Shown here piece after piece: positions 24,068 to 38,526 of a DNA stretch of 64,000 bases. This DNA is from the human T2T-CHM13v2.0 reference genome, Homo sapiens. The notes beneath the pieces are model-generated. The model did no database searches. It was not told where the DNA came from and saw only the letters and a list, made by a program, of their open reading frames with translations. Location of the stretch: the NCBI RefSeq assembly GCF_009914755.1, contig NC_060927.1. One strand, written 5' to 3'. A program made the position numbers and the translations under genes. How positions within the stretch are numbered: position 1 is the first letter of the stretch; each line of letters opens with the position of its first letter.

Positions 24068-24284
24068 TTAAAATGACTTTTTAAAGTTGGTCTGGCCAGT
24101 GTTCCAGAATTTGTGATAATATAAGAAAGTATGTTTTATTTTTGTAGTACCCAGAAATGATAGAACATAAACTCCCTTGATGCCTACTCTATACATTTTA
24201 ATGGCAAAGCAATAACTTTTGTAAAAATGTAATAATTTCAAACAAATCAGATACAAAGGAGTATGTCTATATTTTCATTAAAAA

Positions 24285-24586
24285 GTGTGAGGGGAGGTGG
24301 GAATGGGTAATGGGTAGAGAAAAAGGAAAAAAAGAGGAAGAACTACTATTTGATAGCACAACAGGGTAACTATAGTCAATAATTTTAAAAACATTTAAAA
24401 ATAACCAAAAGAGTATAATTCGATTGTGTAATACAAAAGATAAATGATGATTCTCATCATTCCATGATAAGAATGAGGTACCCCATTCTCCATGATGTGA
24501 TTATTATGCATTGCATGCCTGTATCAAAACATATTATGTACCCCATAAATATATACACCTACTCTATATCCATATAAATTAAAAAT
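24285..24586 (+). mobile_element. L1MA-like 3' end fragment
   Basis: tatttgatagcacaacagggtaactatagtcaataat...ccccataaatatatacacctact. Confidence 0.75.
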
Positions 24587-26354
24587 ATATGTATTTTTAA
24601 TTCCAAAGAGACTATTCAGCCATTCCACCTATGCATCTGGAATCTTCTAAAATGCTTGTTTGGCAGAATGTCAGCATTTTAAGCACTGTTCCAAAAGTAT
24701 CATATGGTAGTTAGAGTACATAAGTATAAGAGAAAAAGGGGCCAGTTTTGTACTATAATATTCATTCTTAGTAGCTTCCTGGGATAAAATTTTTTTTCTT
24801 GGGTTTAACACTTACATCCCCACAATTATTTCTAAAATATAAATACTCGAACCTTATCTTTAAAACAGCTAAACTTACCTTTGTAGAAGCTACAATTAAG
24901 GATAAAAAAGACAATCATTAGTTGAAAAATAGGCATCTTAGCTCAAAAAAAAGTAGTGATGCAGTAAAACTAGATACATGTAGTACCATGGCATTAAGAC
25001 ATTCAAATGTGTATTTTTTTAGTTAAAACTTTTTTTTATTTTCATGTAGACATAGCCTGAAGAAGAAAATTGAAGATTTGTACTTTTTAATGGATGTTAA
25101 TTGTGCATGTTCATTTTAATGACATGCAAATTAGAGTAGCCTTCAAGGCACAATAATTTATTATGGTTTGGTTTAAAAAGGGGAAAAAAGAGAAGAAGAG
25201 GTGTTTTGGTAGAGGGTTAGAGTATCAAATTGTCATTTGTGATAGCTTTGTTAGAGCTAAGCATTCCAAAGTCTGGTAATTTAGAAGCATGAGCCTTTTC
25301 AGGAAAGACAGATATGACTGGATATGAAAGAAATGAAGCAAAGAAGGCCATCTTTGCATCAGTCATTGTTAATGACTGATGTTCAGTATAAAAGAAAGAC
25401 TTTTCATTGATTTTTTTCAGCTTTCTGAGAATCAAGATCTGTATAGTTAGTGTAAGGTCCCATTTGGCTGAAGAAATAATTGTTCATAGCTCTAGCAGGG
25501 AAAAAAATGTAAATCCTACCCCACCCAGTTTCTCCTACAGTGAGTTGAAGTATGCTGAGAGTTCTGGGGATGATTATGTCAGGTTGGGGTAGCCTGGAAA
25601 CACTGAGCGTTTCAGACAGAAGGATAATGTGTATTTTTTAATCCTTTAAAATAAATGTGAGTCTCAGATCATAAGTGTTTTCTAGGAACTTCGTGCTATT
25701 CTCTTTTCTTTCTTTCAATCATCTTTAGCCAGTTGCCAAAAACTGCTGAGTTTTCTGTATAGTGTGCTGTCCTGTAGAGTGAGTTGTAGTTCAGATATTT
25801 TATTCAGTCACTCAGAATGAGCTTTGATAAGTTCCAGATGTATGGCATAAATAAAAGGTTGATAAGTTTCATAAGCACCTCCATATGCTGTGTTTGTTAC
25901 CCATTCATAATCTAATTCTTATGGCTGATGGCTGAGCTTTCTGCTCTTAAACTGAGAGGCTGGGAAAAGTCAGGAATCTTAACCATGTAAGAAATTTTTA
26001 GTACCCAGAGTCCTGTGAGCTGGCAATGACTTGTGTATCACCCTCTTTCAAAAGAAGCACAATCATTGACTATCTTCCTACCTATACCTCTTTCTCTTCT
26101 TCTCCCCATCTGCTCTGGTTTGAATTGAAATTATCTTCAATTCTACCACCTTTCCTGGCCCTCCTTTTACTTAAAGCAGCCGAAGGACAACCTATATCAG
26201 AATTATCTGGAAGCTCATTATAAGCACAGATTCCTAAGCCCTCCTGATAACTACTGTTTCATATTTAGGAGTGTGAATGAGGAGGAGAAAGCTACAAACT
26301 TTATAACCATTGTAGGTAATATTTGTATGCCCTCAAGCTTGAGATCAACTATGT

Positions 26355-26542
26355 CAGTGGTTCTCAAAGTGTTGTTCCTACACAAGCAGCATCAGCATCA
26401 CCTGGGAACTCATTAGACATGCAGATTCTCAGCACTTGTCCTAGACTACTGAATCAGAAATTCTGGGAGCAGGACTCAGCAATCTGGGTTTTAACAAGCA
26501 GCTCAGGTGATTCTGATGTAGGCAGAAGTTTAAGGGCCACTG
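26355..26542. mobile_element. MER5A hAT MITE
   Basis: cagtggttctcaaagt...gggccactg termini. Related copies near 9215-9360, 44423-44618, 45547-45690, 57225-57380, 58243-58480 and 60537-60940. Confidence 0.8.
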
Positions 26543-28569
26543 CATGTTTGACCATTTTGGTGTGCCAGATTTAATCTGTGCTCTCAATGGAGCTGAAAAC
26601 AATTGGGTATCTAGAATCACAGAATAGAAATGAGAATTTGTGTTGCTAAAGAGTTCCAGGTGAAGTAGATTATAATTTTATCTTATTCAAGAACATCCAT
26701 CTATCCATCCAACATCTATCTGACAAAACACACTTAAGATCTAAATATGTAGAGATTATCGAGACATACTAACAGGCTTTTTGAACATAACATCTGCAAT
26801 ATAAAAATCCCTTGCAACATGCAGTCCCTTCTAATTACTTGCCAACAGAATGCACTTTGTTCTTTGAAATTATGTAATTTTAAAATGGGTAGTTTAATTC
26901 TAATTAAATTTCAACTATTGACCCACTGGTAAATTAGCACTTTCGCCAAAGATGCTGTACTATGCTTGCAGATGTTTTCTTGTGAAATGTTTTTTAAATG
27001 TTGTATTAACCAGTACTTAAGATACAGCTAATCTACCTTCAGAATTAAAAAACAGAATAATTTGTAACGCGTTTTAAGTACCAACCCAAACTCAGCCTAG
27101 GCCCTGCTCCTAGCTTTAAGCAGCCCCAGGCCTTAGGATAACTTCAACTGATGTTCGTTTCAATGAGCTCATTAAGAAATGAGACGCAACACTTGAGCCT
27201 TCAGACTAAGCTGGAGTTATGCTTTAGGGAATTTACACAGGTTTTGTTTTTAATTTTTCTAACTTTACTCTTATTCTGATTTATAAATTGTTTTGTTTTT
27301 AGAGCCAATATATTTATTTTTTGCTTTGAATTAATCGTAAGATAATAGAACTGGAAGGGTATTAGTGATGACCTGGTAAAAACTCACCTGGGAGCAGCTC
27401 TACCCTACCCCACCCGAGGGGATATATTGCAACGTCTGGAGACATTTTTTTAATTGTCAAAACTGGAGGACACTACTGGCATCTAGTGAATAGAGATCAT
27501 TGCTAAACATTCTCCAGTGTACAGGACAGCCCCTCACAACAATGAATTATCAAGTCACTTTTAAGGGAAATGTTTTAGAAGAAACCTCATGCCCCCAAGT
27601 TTATGGAACTGGCAGACTCACTAGACAGGCTCTCTACTTCTACACCCTGTCTGCTGTTCCCTTATTACATGTCCAAGATTCTACTATATTTTTTTTTTAC
27701 AAATGATAAAAGTACTATTATACCACATAAAAATTCAAATACCAAGTTTCAAATCAAACAATTTAGCAAATTGAGTTTTTTTTTAATGCAGAGTATGTTC
27801 TTTTGTTTTTTCGTGGGCATATAGGTTTACAGTTTTATTTAATTGCATATCCTGCTTTTCACATGATATTATGTCACAACATTTTCTATATTGCCATAAG
27901 CTTCATACTGATTTTTTAAATGTTCTCAAAATGTTCCTTTTGATGAATGAATGCATGTATTTGACCATTTACTTTTTTTTGAATACTTGGATTCCTTCTC
28001 AATTTTGCTGTCATGTATCAAACTTGAATGTATATTTTTACTTGGGCTAAATTTAAATCTGCACTAGAATAAAATGCAGCAGTATTGGCTTCTGAGTCAT
28101 CCAAGGAACATCAGCTGAATGTTCTGCTTTCCTATCAGTACACTTTTCAAGGAAGAAATCAGCAGCAGAATTGTAGCAATGTCTGGATTTTAATAACATG
28201 TTTTATGAAATCATTAAGAAATCTCAACCACTGTGTTGCTCTTTGTGGAATAAACTGAGTCTCCCATTACCTCATTTTAAGCTGTAGACTGAGATGTTTA
28301 CATTTCCTTTTGCTTGGCAATTTGTTATTAATATTGTCATTATAGTTTTGATTGTCTTCTGTGAAGGTTTCACATGTGAACAAGATGAATGTAAACTGGG
28401 GGTTCAGAATAAGTGGACTATCTGAATTCAGACGTACATTGATGTTGCTTCTGTATGTTTTGTGCAATCATTTGTTGCAACTAATGAATGTTCTAGAGTG
28501 TTGGTGACATTTTATGTTATGTGACCCTTTCTAATGGAATAAAACGTGGATACTTGAAGTATTAAGTAG

Positions 28570-28925
28570 GTGACAATGGTGGTGATGGTGATGGAGGCGG
28601 TGGTGATGATAGTGTTGGTGCTGGTCATGGTAGTAGTGAAGATGATGGTAGTGAAGGTGTTTGCTGTTGCTGATGGTTGTGGTTGAGGTGGGTGGTAGGG
28701 ATGGTGGTGGTGGTAATATTGGTGGTGGTGGAGGTGGTGGTGATGGAGATAAAAGTATGAAGGTGGGGTGGTGATGGTGGTAGTGATAATGGTGATAGTG
28801 AGGAGGTGATAGTAATGATGCCAGTGGTGGTGGTGGTGGTACTGGTGATGGAAGTAAGATATGATGGTGGAGTGGTAGTGAGAGTGGTGGTGGTGGTGAT
28901 GGCTGTGGTGGTAGTGGTGACGGCA
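28570..28925. repeat. Degenerate (TGG/TGA/TAG)n trinucleotide low-complexity tract
   Basis: About 350 bp of ggt/gat/agt triplets. Confidence 0.92.
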
Positions 28926-31900
28926 AGTTGGTTGGATGATGGCAGCCCTCATAGAGGGCTTACTATATGAAAAGACTCTTAAATTTTTGCATGGAGTTTT
29001 CCTTAACTATTCAGACATTCTTTCATATAACAAATATGTCTTTGGCTCCTGTTCTGAATTAAGCCCTGAAGTGGACTTTTTGGGCAAATCAGGGAGATTT
29101 AAAAAAAGACTCAGACGTAAGCTCTGTCTTCAAGAAGCTTTTCGTCTGTCAGGTATATTCTGTGTGTATAAAAAATGACTACTACAATTCAGGAAGTATT
29201 GAGTTCAGTTAAAAAAAAGTGGCATGCTTTGGGGGGATCAATATTTATTCTATGCAGGACACCTTTCAAAGTATTGCATACACTGTATCACTTGACTGAT
29301 GAACAATGAATGAGGAATAATAGTAATCACAGAAGCTACTGCTTATTGAGGGCAACCATGGGCCAGCCACCATATAAGCACTTTATAGACATTATTTTAT
29401 TTAATCTTTATTAAATTAAATCTATCATTATTTCCTTTTACAAATGAAGACACTGATGCAAAGGTTAAGAACCTCACACAAATTCATGTAGCTTGTAAGT
29501 GGCAGAGGCAGGATCCAAAAACATGACCTTCAACACAAAAACATGGACTTTTAACAATGTATGCCATGTTGCCTGGTGATGGTCATTTCTGCATTTACAA
29601 ATGAGGAGATATATCCAATGGCCAAATTTGAATATAAACTAAATCATGTAAAATCATGTAATCATTTGGGAGAATTATTTTAAAATAGTTTTGGTGGCAC
29701 AATTCTATTTTTAAATTTAAATTAACTTTTTTTTTTTAAAAAAAAACCTTCTTATAAACTCATCCAGAGGCATGGAGCACAGAATAACTCCATTAAAACC
29801 AACAAGCCATATCCGAGGTCATTTGGGTGTAAATGACTCCTAAGGCATGCATTGCCTTTTCTCAGTGTGCTGGTCCCTTTCTGCAGACTACTGTTTCAGA
29901 GTGTGAAATGACCCACAAGGCTCACTTTTATCATCTAAATGCCACCTAGAAAAGTCTAGGCCAAAAAGACATGAATTCTAAGTCTTCGGAGAAAAGGATG
30001 AAGTCTATTTTAAGACAGTCATTCCTACTTATTCAGGTAGATGAGGGAAGAGGACTTCAAACAGCAAAACAAGATAATTTTTAATGTGTCTATATTTCCC
30101 TTAGGCATAAAATCGATGACATCCATCAGATACATACATATTTGTGCCTGCCTCCTTTGTTGCCCCAACACGTGCCTTTAGAACTTGACCAGTGACTTTA
30201 CCAGACAGGAAGGGTGATGGGCCTGGGCTGGCAGTGATAAGTGGAGAGGGGTATGAATGATTGCCTACTCCTTGAAGTTAAGCATGCGTCAGCACAACAG
30301 AATGAGAGTTCTCGTTTCTGAGAGCATCTGTACACTTGTGCATGTGTCTGTAAGCTAGACCAGCTGACTTTGCTTTTTTCGTGGAAGTCCTGGTTTGGAT
30401 AATATACTGTCATGGGAAGGATTTTCAGATGCCTGAGACTTTTCTTTGTTTCTTTCTAAAAATTATATTTGTGGAGTAATTAGGATATGCACAGCATGGT
30501 GCAAACTTTAATTTTCTCAAAAACCTTGTAAGATTGTAGTATATTGTTACATATATTTAAGATAATGAAATTGAGGCATGGAGAAAACTCAAGGTCACAA
30601 AGTTAACAGATGACAGAGGCAGGACTGAAACTCTGAATATTCTGCTGATAATCACTGTTCTACAATGCCTAAGAAGAGAAAAATTACAAATTGCATTTAG
30701 TTCGTATATAGTTGCTTACTTTTGGAAGAAAACGTTCTCTGGTGGCTTCAATCAGAAGGAACAGCCATTGGCTGAGAAGCACATTTTTCACACCAGGTCC
30801 CAGGGCCTTAAGTGAGCTGGTTGATGGGTCCTTTCATGTTTCTGCTAGAATCTCATCTCTAATGACCAGTTCTTCTGAAGGAGCTAGACAAAGCTGGGTT
30901 CAAATCCTGCCTCTACCACTTATCAGCCATCCTTTCTTAGCCAACTCATTCACCCTTGCCAAGCACTGGTTTGCTCATCTGTAAAATGGAAATGATGATT
31001 ATTCTGCCCTCATAGTGCTTCAAGGAAGATTAAATGAAAGAAGACAAGCGTAGAGCTGAGCACAAGACCCGAAGCAAACTGAGTGTTTGATTAAATACTA
31101 AGAAAGTAGAAAAGCCAAAAGAAAGTACTGCTAATCTCATGGGAAGTCATTGTAAAAAATGTCAACTTGAAAAATATTAGCTACAGTTCATCTGGACAGA
31201 ACCTCACACATCAAGTAGCCTCAATTGTACATGTGGCTTGCCTATGAAGAACACATGGTTAATTTTGGCCCCTGAACAAATTTCAAATTTCAAAGCAGGC
31301 CACTGGATAACTCATGCATATCTTGAGATTTCCCACAAATGCCATGAAAGGCAGCATAGCAGCCTGACAGCATATCTAATCCCAGTCCAGATGGCCCAAG
31401 TCCTTCAGAGTCTCCCTTCTCTAAGTTTCCTTTCCACCCCCGCTTCTCCCTAATGTTACTGGAGCACATTTGGTGTTGTGGCTTAAGTCATTGGCCAAAG
31501 TCAGGCTACTCTCTGGGGGTGCTTCCCTGGAAATTCTGCTGAATCCCTAATTCCTTCCAAATCTTGCCCATAGGAAAGCAAGCCAGCTCCCCTTCCTCTG
31601 CCATTCTAAGGAAATTCTTTCACAGAGTTGAAGATGAGAATTTGGCTGGGTTGACATTTCCAGAAAATACACAGCGCCATTGTGAGCTATGGATATATTT
31701 TATCCACACTTCTGCCAGATTATCTTGAAAGAAAATATTTTTGAAGACCTTGTCTCCCTAAGTAAGATGAATTTAGACTCCAAGTAGAATAATCACACCT
31801 TTGACTAAATTTTAGAGTTTTCAAGGTACATCATCCACATTTAGCTTCTGTGATTCTCATGCTAGTCCTATAAGTTGGGAGGTAACCTATTTTTAGACAT

Positions 31901-32089
31901 TTTGTAGATGAAATATACCTCTTTAGAAAATAGTTCTGAGGGGTATTTTAGAAAAGGATTGAGATTTTGCTTATTTATAAAGAGAAAACTGGAAAAACAG
32001 TAATATTTTTGATATGGGCTTGCAGAAAACAATATTTCACTGACATGGTAAGTTAATTATTTTGCTTCTACTAGAACATTTATGAAATT

Positions 32090-32394
32090 CTTTTTCTTTT
32101 TCATTCTTTTTAGAGATAGGATTTTGCTCTGTTGCCCAGGCTGGAATGCAGTGGTGTGGTCACAGCTCAGTGCAGCCTGAAACTCCTGGGTTCAAGCGAT
32201 CCTCCTGCATAAGCCTCTCAATAGTAGCTGAGACTAGAGGCACACACCACTACACCCAGCTAATTTTTAAAATTTTCTGCAGAGATGAGTCCACTATGTT
32301 GCCCAGGCTTATTTTGAACCCCTGGCCTCAAGCGATCCTCCCACCTCTGCCTCTTAAAGTGTTGAGATTACAGGCATGAGCCACCACACCCAGC
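32090..32394 (-). mobile_element. AluJ
   Basis: Diverged reverse Alu dimer. Confidence 0.88.
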
Positions 32395-32914
32395 AATGCT
32401 TTTCTTTATGTTTAACAAAGTGTGTTGGTTGGCCTTTTTAAAGAAATTGAAATACTGTAGTTGAAAAACAGAGATCATGGTAACATCTCAGGTAATGGTT
32501 AGTCAACTTCAAAACTCCAAAAAGGATCACAAACTCCAAAAAGTTAGAAATGTTCATTTAATTAATCTTCACAATTCCTAACACACTATGGCTGAGAACT
32601 CTAGAAGTGTTTTTGGTGGTGATGTGCAAAGAATACAAAATATGTGCTGTGGTCTGCACTTCTAGTTTCATGTTTTGTTGTTTAATCAGGGACCTCAATC
32701 TTGACCAGGAATTCTAAGAGTTTGCCACTGGGTTCCTGGTGGAGAGTAGGAGGCCCATAAATTTCAAACATGCTTGTGTGATGCAAAATCCTGGTCAATT
32801 ACTATAAATGTATGTATTGATAAAGGAAGAATGTGGTGTATATATGACCAGTTCTTAGTCCTTTGCAAGAAGCAAAAGAAGCATCTCAAACAAGATGGTC
32901 AGTTGTCATCTTTT

Positions 32915-35620
32915 AGAACTGCCCAAGATGGAGTAAAGAAGTTGGATTTACCTCACAACTGTAATAAACAAAAGAAAGCAAACAAAACATTTGAAATAAC
33001 AACTTTTAAGACACTGGACATTAGGAAATGAAATACAGTAATCTTTAGAGAAGGAAAACAAATGAGATGAACACTACAAGTGCTCCAGCTTATAGCCTTG
33101 AGTGTTTTCAGGACATGGTACAAGAAGAGGGCATTGAGGAGGAGCCCAGTGAGCTCCTGGAGCTGAGGAGTCAGAGCTGAGAGAACAGGGAGACCAAGGC
33201 AGTGAGAGCTGACAGGGTGGGATACCAGAGAGGGATAACTGTACAGAGAGTAAACCCCAGAGGTCTGTGGAGGGTCTCGCTGGGTTATTCAGGAAAGTAT
33301 TGACAGCACATGCATGTGAAGGAATTACCTGAGACCAGGGAAAGAACCCTCTTAAAATAGTGCCATTTGCTCAACAGGGCTAGGAATCATGTTTTTTTTC
33401 CCACCAGCAAGCCTGGAAAAGAACATAATTCACATAGTAATGGGGAGAAAACTTAGGAAGGTCTTGGCTCAGTAATAGGAAATAATTAGCCCTGAATTAA
33501 CCACTGCTTTAGACTCATCTAGCAAATCATAATAGCAAGATCCAAAAGGATCAGACTCTTTCCATGCAACTTAACTGCCTTCCAGAACTAAGCACATGGA
33601 TATTTACAAGAATACAAAAGTATTTCACACTTAACAAGGAAAATTTCACAATGTCTGGCATAAGAAGCAGAAAAGCACAAAACATAATGAAGAGTATAAT
33701 CACTTAAAACCAAACCACAACGGACACAGATGTTAGAATTAGCAAAGATATCAAACCAGTCATTGTAACGGTATTCAATATGTTAAAAAGTTAAGTGGAA
33801 ACATGAAAGATATAAAAAGAAGATTCCAATAGAATTTGCAGGGTTGAAAACCATTGTGTCTAAGAGGAACAATGCACTGAATGGGATAATGGCAAATTAG
33901 ATTTGGCAAAACAAAAAGATTGGCAAACTTGAAAACATAGCAATAGAAATTCTCCAAAATGAAATACAAAGAAAAAAAGATATAAAAAATGAAAAGAGTA
34001 TTAGTTAGTTTCAGGATCTTCTCCCAATCATTGATTAAAAATCAGCAGGAATATAGTAGGCTTGAGCAACACTATCAACTAACTTGACCTAACTGACATT
34101 TGTAGAACACTCCACCAACAGTAGAATATATAATCTTTTCAAGTGCACATGAAACATTTACCAAGATAGACCATATTGTGGACCATAAAACAATGCTCAA
34201 CATTTTAAAGGATTCAAGTGATAGCAAATGTGTTCTCTGACTGAAACAGAATTAAATTAGAAATCAATAGCAGAAAGATCTTTGAAAACTCCCTAAGTAT
34301 TTGGAAACTAAATAAAGCAGTTTTAAATAGTCCATGGTCAAAGAATAAATAAAAAGGGACATTAGAAAGTATAATATTTTGAAATAAAAGAAAATAAAAT
34401 CACTGTGCCAGAATTTCAGGTTCCACTTAAGCAGTACTTACGGGAAAATAAATAGCATTAAATGCCTATATTGACAAAGAAGAAATGTTTCAAATCAATG
34501 ATCACAACTTCTACCTTAAGAAATCAGAGAAGGAAGAACTAGATAAACCCAAGGTAAGTGGGAGAAAGAAAATAATGAAAATAAAGTGGAATTCAGTGAA
34601 ATTGAAAAAAGAAAAACAATGAAGTCAATAAACCCAAAAGTTGTTTCTTTGAGAAGATCAATAAAATTGATAAATGTATAATTAAACTCACCAGGAACAA
34701 AGAGAAGACACAACTTTCCAATATCAGAAATGAGAGGGGAGATGTATTCCAAGGATATTAAAAGGATAACCAGGGAATATTATGAACAATCTTTTGCATA
34801 TAAATCAGCTTAGGTAAAATACACAAATTTCTTGCAATGTATAAACTACCAAAGCTTACTCAAGAAGAAATAACCTAAGTAGCCTTATACCTATTAATGA
34901 GATTGAATTTGTAGTTCAAATCTTCCCATAAAGAAAACTCCAGGTATGGATGATTTCACTGGTGAATTCAACTAAAAATTTAAGGAAGAAATAATACCAA
35001 TTCTACAAAAACTCTTCCAGAACATAAAAGAAAAGGGAATATTTCACAACTGACTTACTTCATTTTATTATTTTTAATTTTTATGAATACATAATAGTTG
35101 TACATATTTTTGGGGTACATGTGATATTTTGATAGAAGCAGTCAATGTGTAATGATCAAATCTGGATAATTGGGATATCTGCGAATAACATGGTGGTTAA
35201 CAGAAGCTAGGAAGGCTAATAGGGAGGGGGGAATAAAGAAGAGCTGGTTAATGGGCACAAAATACTTATTAGAAGGAATAAGATCTAGTGTTCTCATGGT
35301 TAATAATAATTTATTATATATTTTAAAGTTAACACCAGTTAACAATAATTTATTGCATATTTCAAAATAGCTAGAAGAGTAGATTTGGAATGTTCCCAAC
35401 TCATTTTTTGAGGCCAGATTACCCTGATACCAAAACTAGACGAAGACATTACATGAAAGGGAAACTACTGACCAACTACAGAACATCATTCACAAGGATG
35501 TGAACACAGATGCAAAATTCTAAAGAAAATGTTAGCAAGTTAAATCCAACAATAGATTTGTAATGAGATAATATGGAATTTATACTGGAAGGCAGGGCTC
35601 ATTTAACCATCAAAAATTAT
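32915..35620 (+). mobile_element. Old L1M remnant (5' region plus ORF2 endonuclease/tether fragments)
   Basis: aacttgacctaactgacatttgtagaacactccacc and accctgataccaaaactagac are ORF2-like; boundaries approximate. Confidence 0.75.
35060..35398 (-). mobile_element. Short L1MA 3'UTR insertion with inverted segment, nested in the L1M
   Basis: 35060-35180 is the L1 terminus in minus orientation; 35185-35398 is the upstream 3'UTR in plus orientation. Confidence 0.7.
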
Positions 35621-36757
35621 CTAATATAGCATTTCACTGTTAATAACTTCACCCATGGTGGTGGGGTATTTTTCTGGCATTTTATTTCTATATTAGGCTT
35701 ACAGCATTAATACAGGTTGACTCATTTGTTGTTGTGAGAATTAATGTAAAAGTATCTAATAAAGGGTTGAGTAGAAATGGAGATCAATAAATTTCTGGCA
35801 GTTAAAAATCTACTTTTTGCTTGATTAGGTTCACAAATTCACTTCTTTCATAGAAGCAAAGAACATTGGCCATCTACTTCCTGTCTTTCCAAACTGGCAT
35901 TTCCTGTTGACGCCTCACCAATCAGCCATCATTCATATGATTGTAGACAGGCTTCATGATCCCTTAGGCTTAGAGCAGAGCTACTTGAAGTGCTCATCTG
36001 CAGCAAGATAAGAAGCTTGGCTCGGAATGTAAATCAAGGCAATGTTTTCTTCAAGGAGAAAGTCTTGCTATGAAAATAAATAAATAAATAAATGTCAGCT
36101 GAACTAATCAGTGTGCTTAGTAATTTAGTTGACTTACATCATGGTGCAAACTGCTTACCTTAAAATGGGCTGATGAACTGTTTGCAGGCACTTTGAGTAC
36201 CAGGTTCTTAGAGTATGTCATATCTCACACAGCATTTAGATTCCAAAATCAGCACTTGTTTATACTTGCTCTCATGACATTGCTCTATGGTGCATACTTT
36301 GAACACATATATAAAGGTTTTTGTGCTTTTGCTACCAATAAATGTAACTTTAATATCTATACTTTCTCTTGAGGTTATTACATATAATTAAATTTCATGC
36401 ACATGTGTACTTCAAGTTTTTTAGCCATGTGGAGTACATTAAAAATGAGTGTTTCTCAACTTGCATATTAAAATAGCTGGAGGATAAATCAGTCCTTTCA
36501 CAAAGATCTGAGATAGGATAGCAAATGGGTTTTTTCTTATGTGACAATACATGTCAAATGGTAATGGCTCTGCATGCGCTATGTGGGTACAGATTTGGAG
36601 GGTGCATCTGGGAACAAGCAATGTGATTATTGATGTCTGCCATGAGTATGGAAATGCAGCATGGTAATAACCTCATGCTGTGTATTTGCCATCTATGACT
36701 AGGAGCTCCAAGCTTATCTTTCCATTAAAAAGAATGACTTGAGTTATTCTGTTGCAG

Positions 36758-37444
36758 GACATGAAAATTATGGCAGAAAAGAAGAACCAGATCATACTTA
36801 TGAACCTGGAGATGTCTCTCTTCAAGAATATTACATGGATGTGGCTTTCCTCATAGATGCTTCCCAAAGAGTAGGAAGTGATGAGTTTAAGGAAGTAAAA
36901 GCTTTTATAACCTCAGTGCTTGATTACTTTCACATCGCCCCCACTCCACTGACCTCCACCTTAGGAGACAGGGTTGCTGTCCTGAGCTACTCTCCTCCAG
37001 GCTATATGCCTAACACTGAAGAATGCCCTGTCTACCTGGAATTTGATTTGGTTACTTATAACAGTATACACCAAATGAAACATCATCTCCAAGACTCTCA
37101 ACAGCTCAATGGAGATGTTTTTATTGGCCATGCCTTGCAGTGGACAATTGACAATGTCTTTGTAGGAACCCCCAATCTGAGGAAAAACAAAGTTATCTTT
37201 GTAATATCTGCTGGCGAAACCAACTCTTTAGACAAAGACGTCTTAAGGAATGTGTCTCTGAGAGCCAAGTGTCAAGGCTACTCCATATTTGTGTTTTCCT
37301 TTGGCCCTAAACACAATGACAAAGAATTAGAAGAATTAGCCAGCCACCCTCTGGATCATCACTTGGTCCAACTTGGCCGAACCCACAAGCCAGATTGGAA
37401 CTATATCATCAAGTTTGTCAAGCCATTTGTCCATTTAATCAGAC
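36758..37444 (+). CDS. COL6A5: COL6A5 exon E, second VWA domain in the window, phase 1 to 1
   Basis: Acceptor ttctgttgcag| and donor AGAC|gtaagt; 687 nt within ORF 36739..37527. Motifs MDVAFLIDAS, RVAVLSYS, KVIFVISAG. Confidence 0.96.
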
Positions 37445-38469
37445 GTAAGTCATTAATTCTCTTTGATTGCTTTTGCAATAGATTTAATGTTTCTGTGTAC
37501 AGTCCATCAGCAGACTTAGTAAAATGATCCTCACTTCAGTTAAGAGTGGTAGAGTATAAGTGAGTAGGAGGCAGTAAAAAATCTCAGAGAAAATTCCCAG
37601 ATTTTTTGACCATGAGCCTTGCTGCTGTGCTGCCAAAGTTTTAGCCAGGAAATCCTCAAATGGATGAAAAGTGCCCTTTAGCCCTAACCCGTGAGTGTTT
37701 ACTATGTGGCAGGTTCTTTAAATTGATTGTGTCATTTAATCTTCAGTGCAGTCCTCAGAGGAAAGTATTCATAACCCCATTTTGCAAGTGAAAAGACTGA
37801 GATTCAGAAATGTTAAATAAAGTGCTTAAAATCTCACAAGTAATAATTAGTAAATTCTAGACTCAACCCCTCACATTCTGACCCCAGGGCTATGCTGTTG
37901 TCTAGTAAATCACACTTTAATTACTAAACCCTTAGCAAGGTGTAATGGTGTAATAAATAATATCACACTGACACTGCCCTCCACCTACTCCAAGGACTTC
38001 TATTTTGTCTTGTCATTATAAATTAACCTAAGTTCTGACTTGAATTCTTATGAGCCATAGGGACAAATCTCCTCTACAGCCTCTATGCCAGACAGCTGGT
38101 AGGGATTTTTTAGGGTGTCTTTACACAGTGGGGCTTTAAGGGTGGCTGCCCCAGCCTCTGCCCATGTGTTATGACTTTAGACATGCATATAGCAGCACAT
38201 CCAAAACCTTGTAAGATCAAACAAGTCCTAGCGTGTGCTGGGAATTAGGAATGTGGCAGAGGCTACATTGAATGGTCTCTGCAGCTCCTGTAAACTTACT
38301 AGAGAATCACAAGGTTGCAGGTTTTCTGGCATGCATAAAGCCCCAGGGCTTACACAGTTCGCAGGAATCTTGGAATTTAGCAGTTATGTTTAGTAGCAAG
38401 TAAAAATGTGCCTTCTCCCAACCCGAAGATAAGTAGGGCAGACAATTTCAATAGCTAATAGAGTCTTCT

Positions 38470-38526
38470 CCCAGAACTTAAAGTATAATTAAAAAAAAAA
38501 TAAAATATAAACATTTTTTAAAAAAT
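38470..38526 (+). mobile_element. Ultra-short L1PA 3' tip plus A-tail
   Basis: cccagaacttaaagtataat followed by an A-rich tail; AGTCTTCT at 38462-38469 and 38527-38534. Confidence 0.7.

Noticed and set aside
28512-28952. His-rich (146 aa) and Pro-rich (131 aa) minus-strand ORFs
   Set aside because: They are translations of the trinucleotide low-complexity tract, with no gene context.
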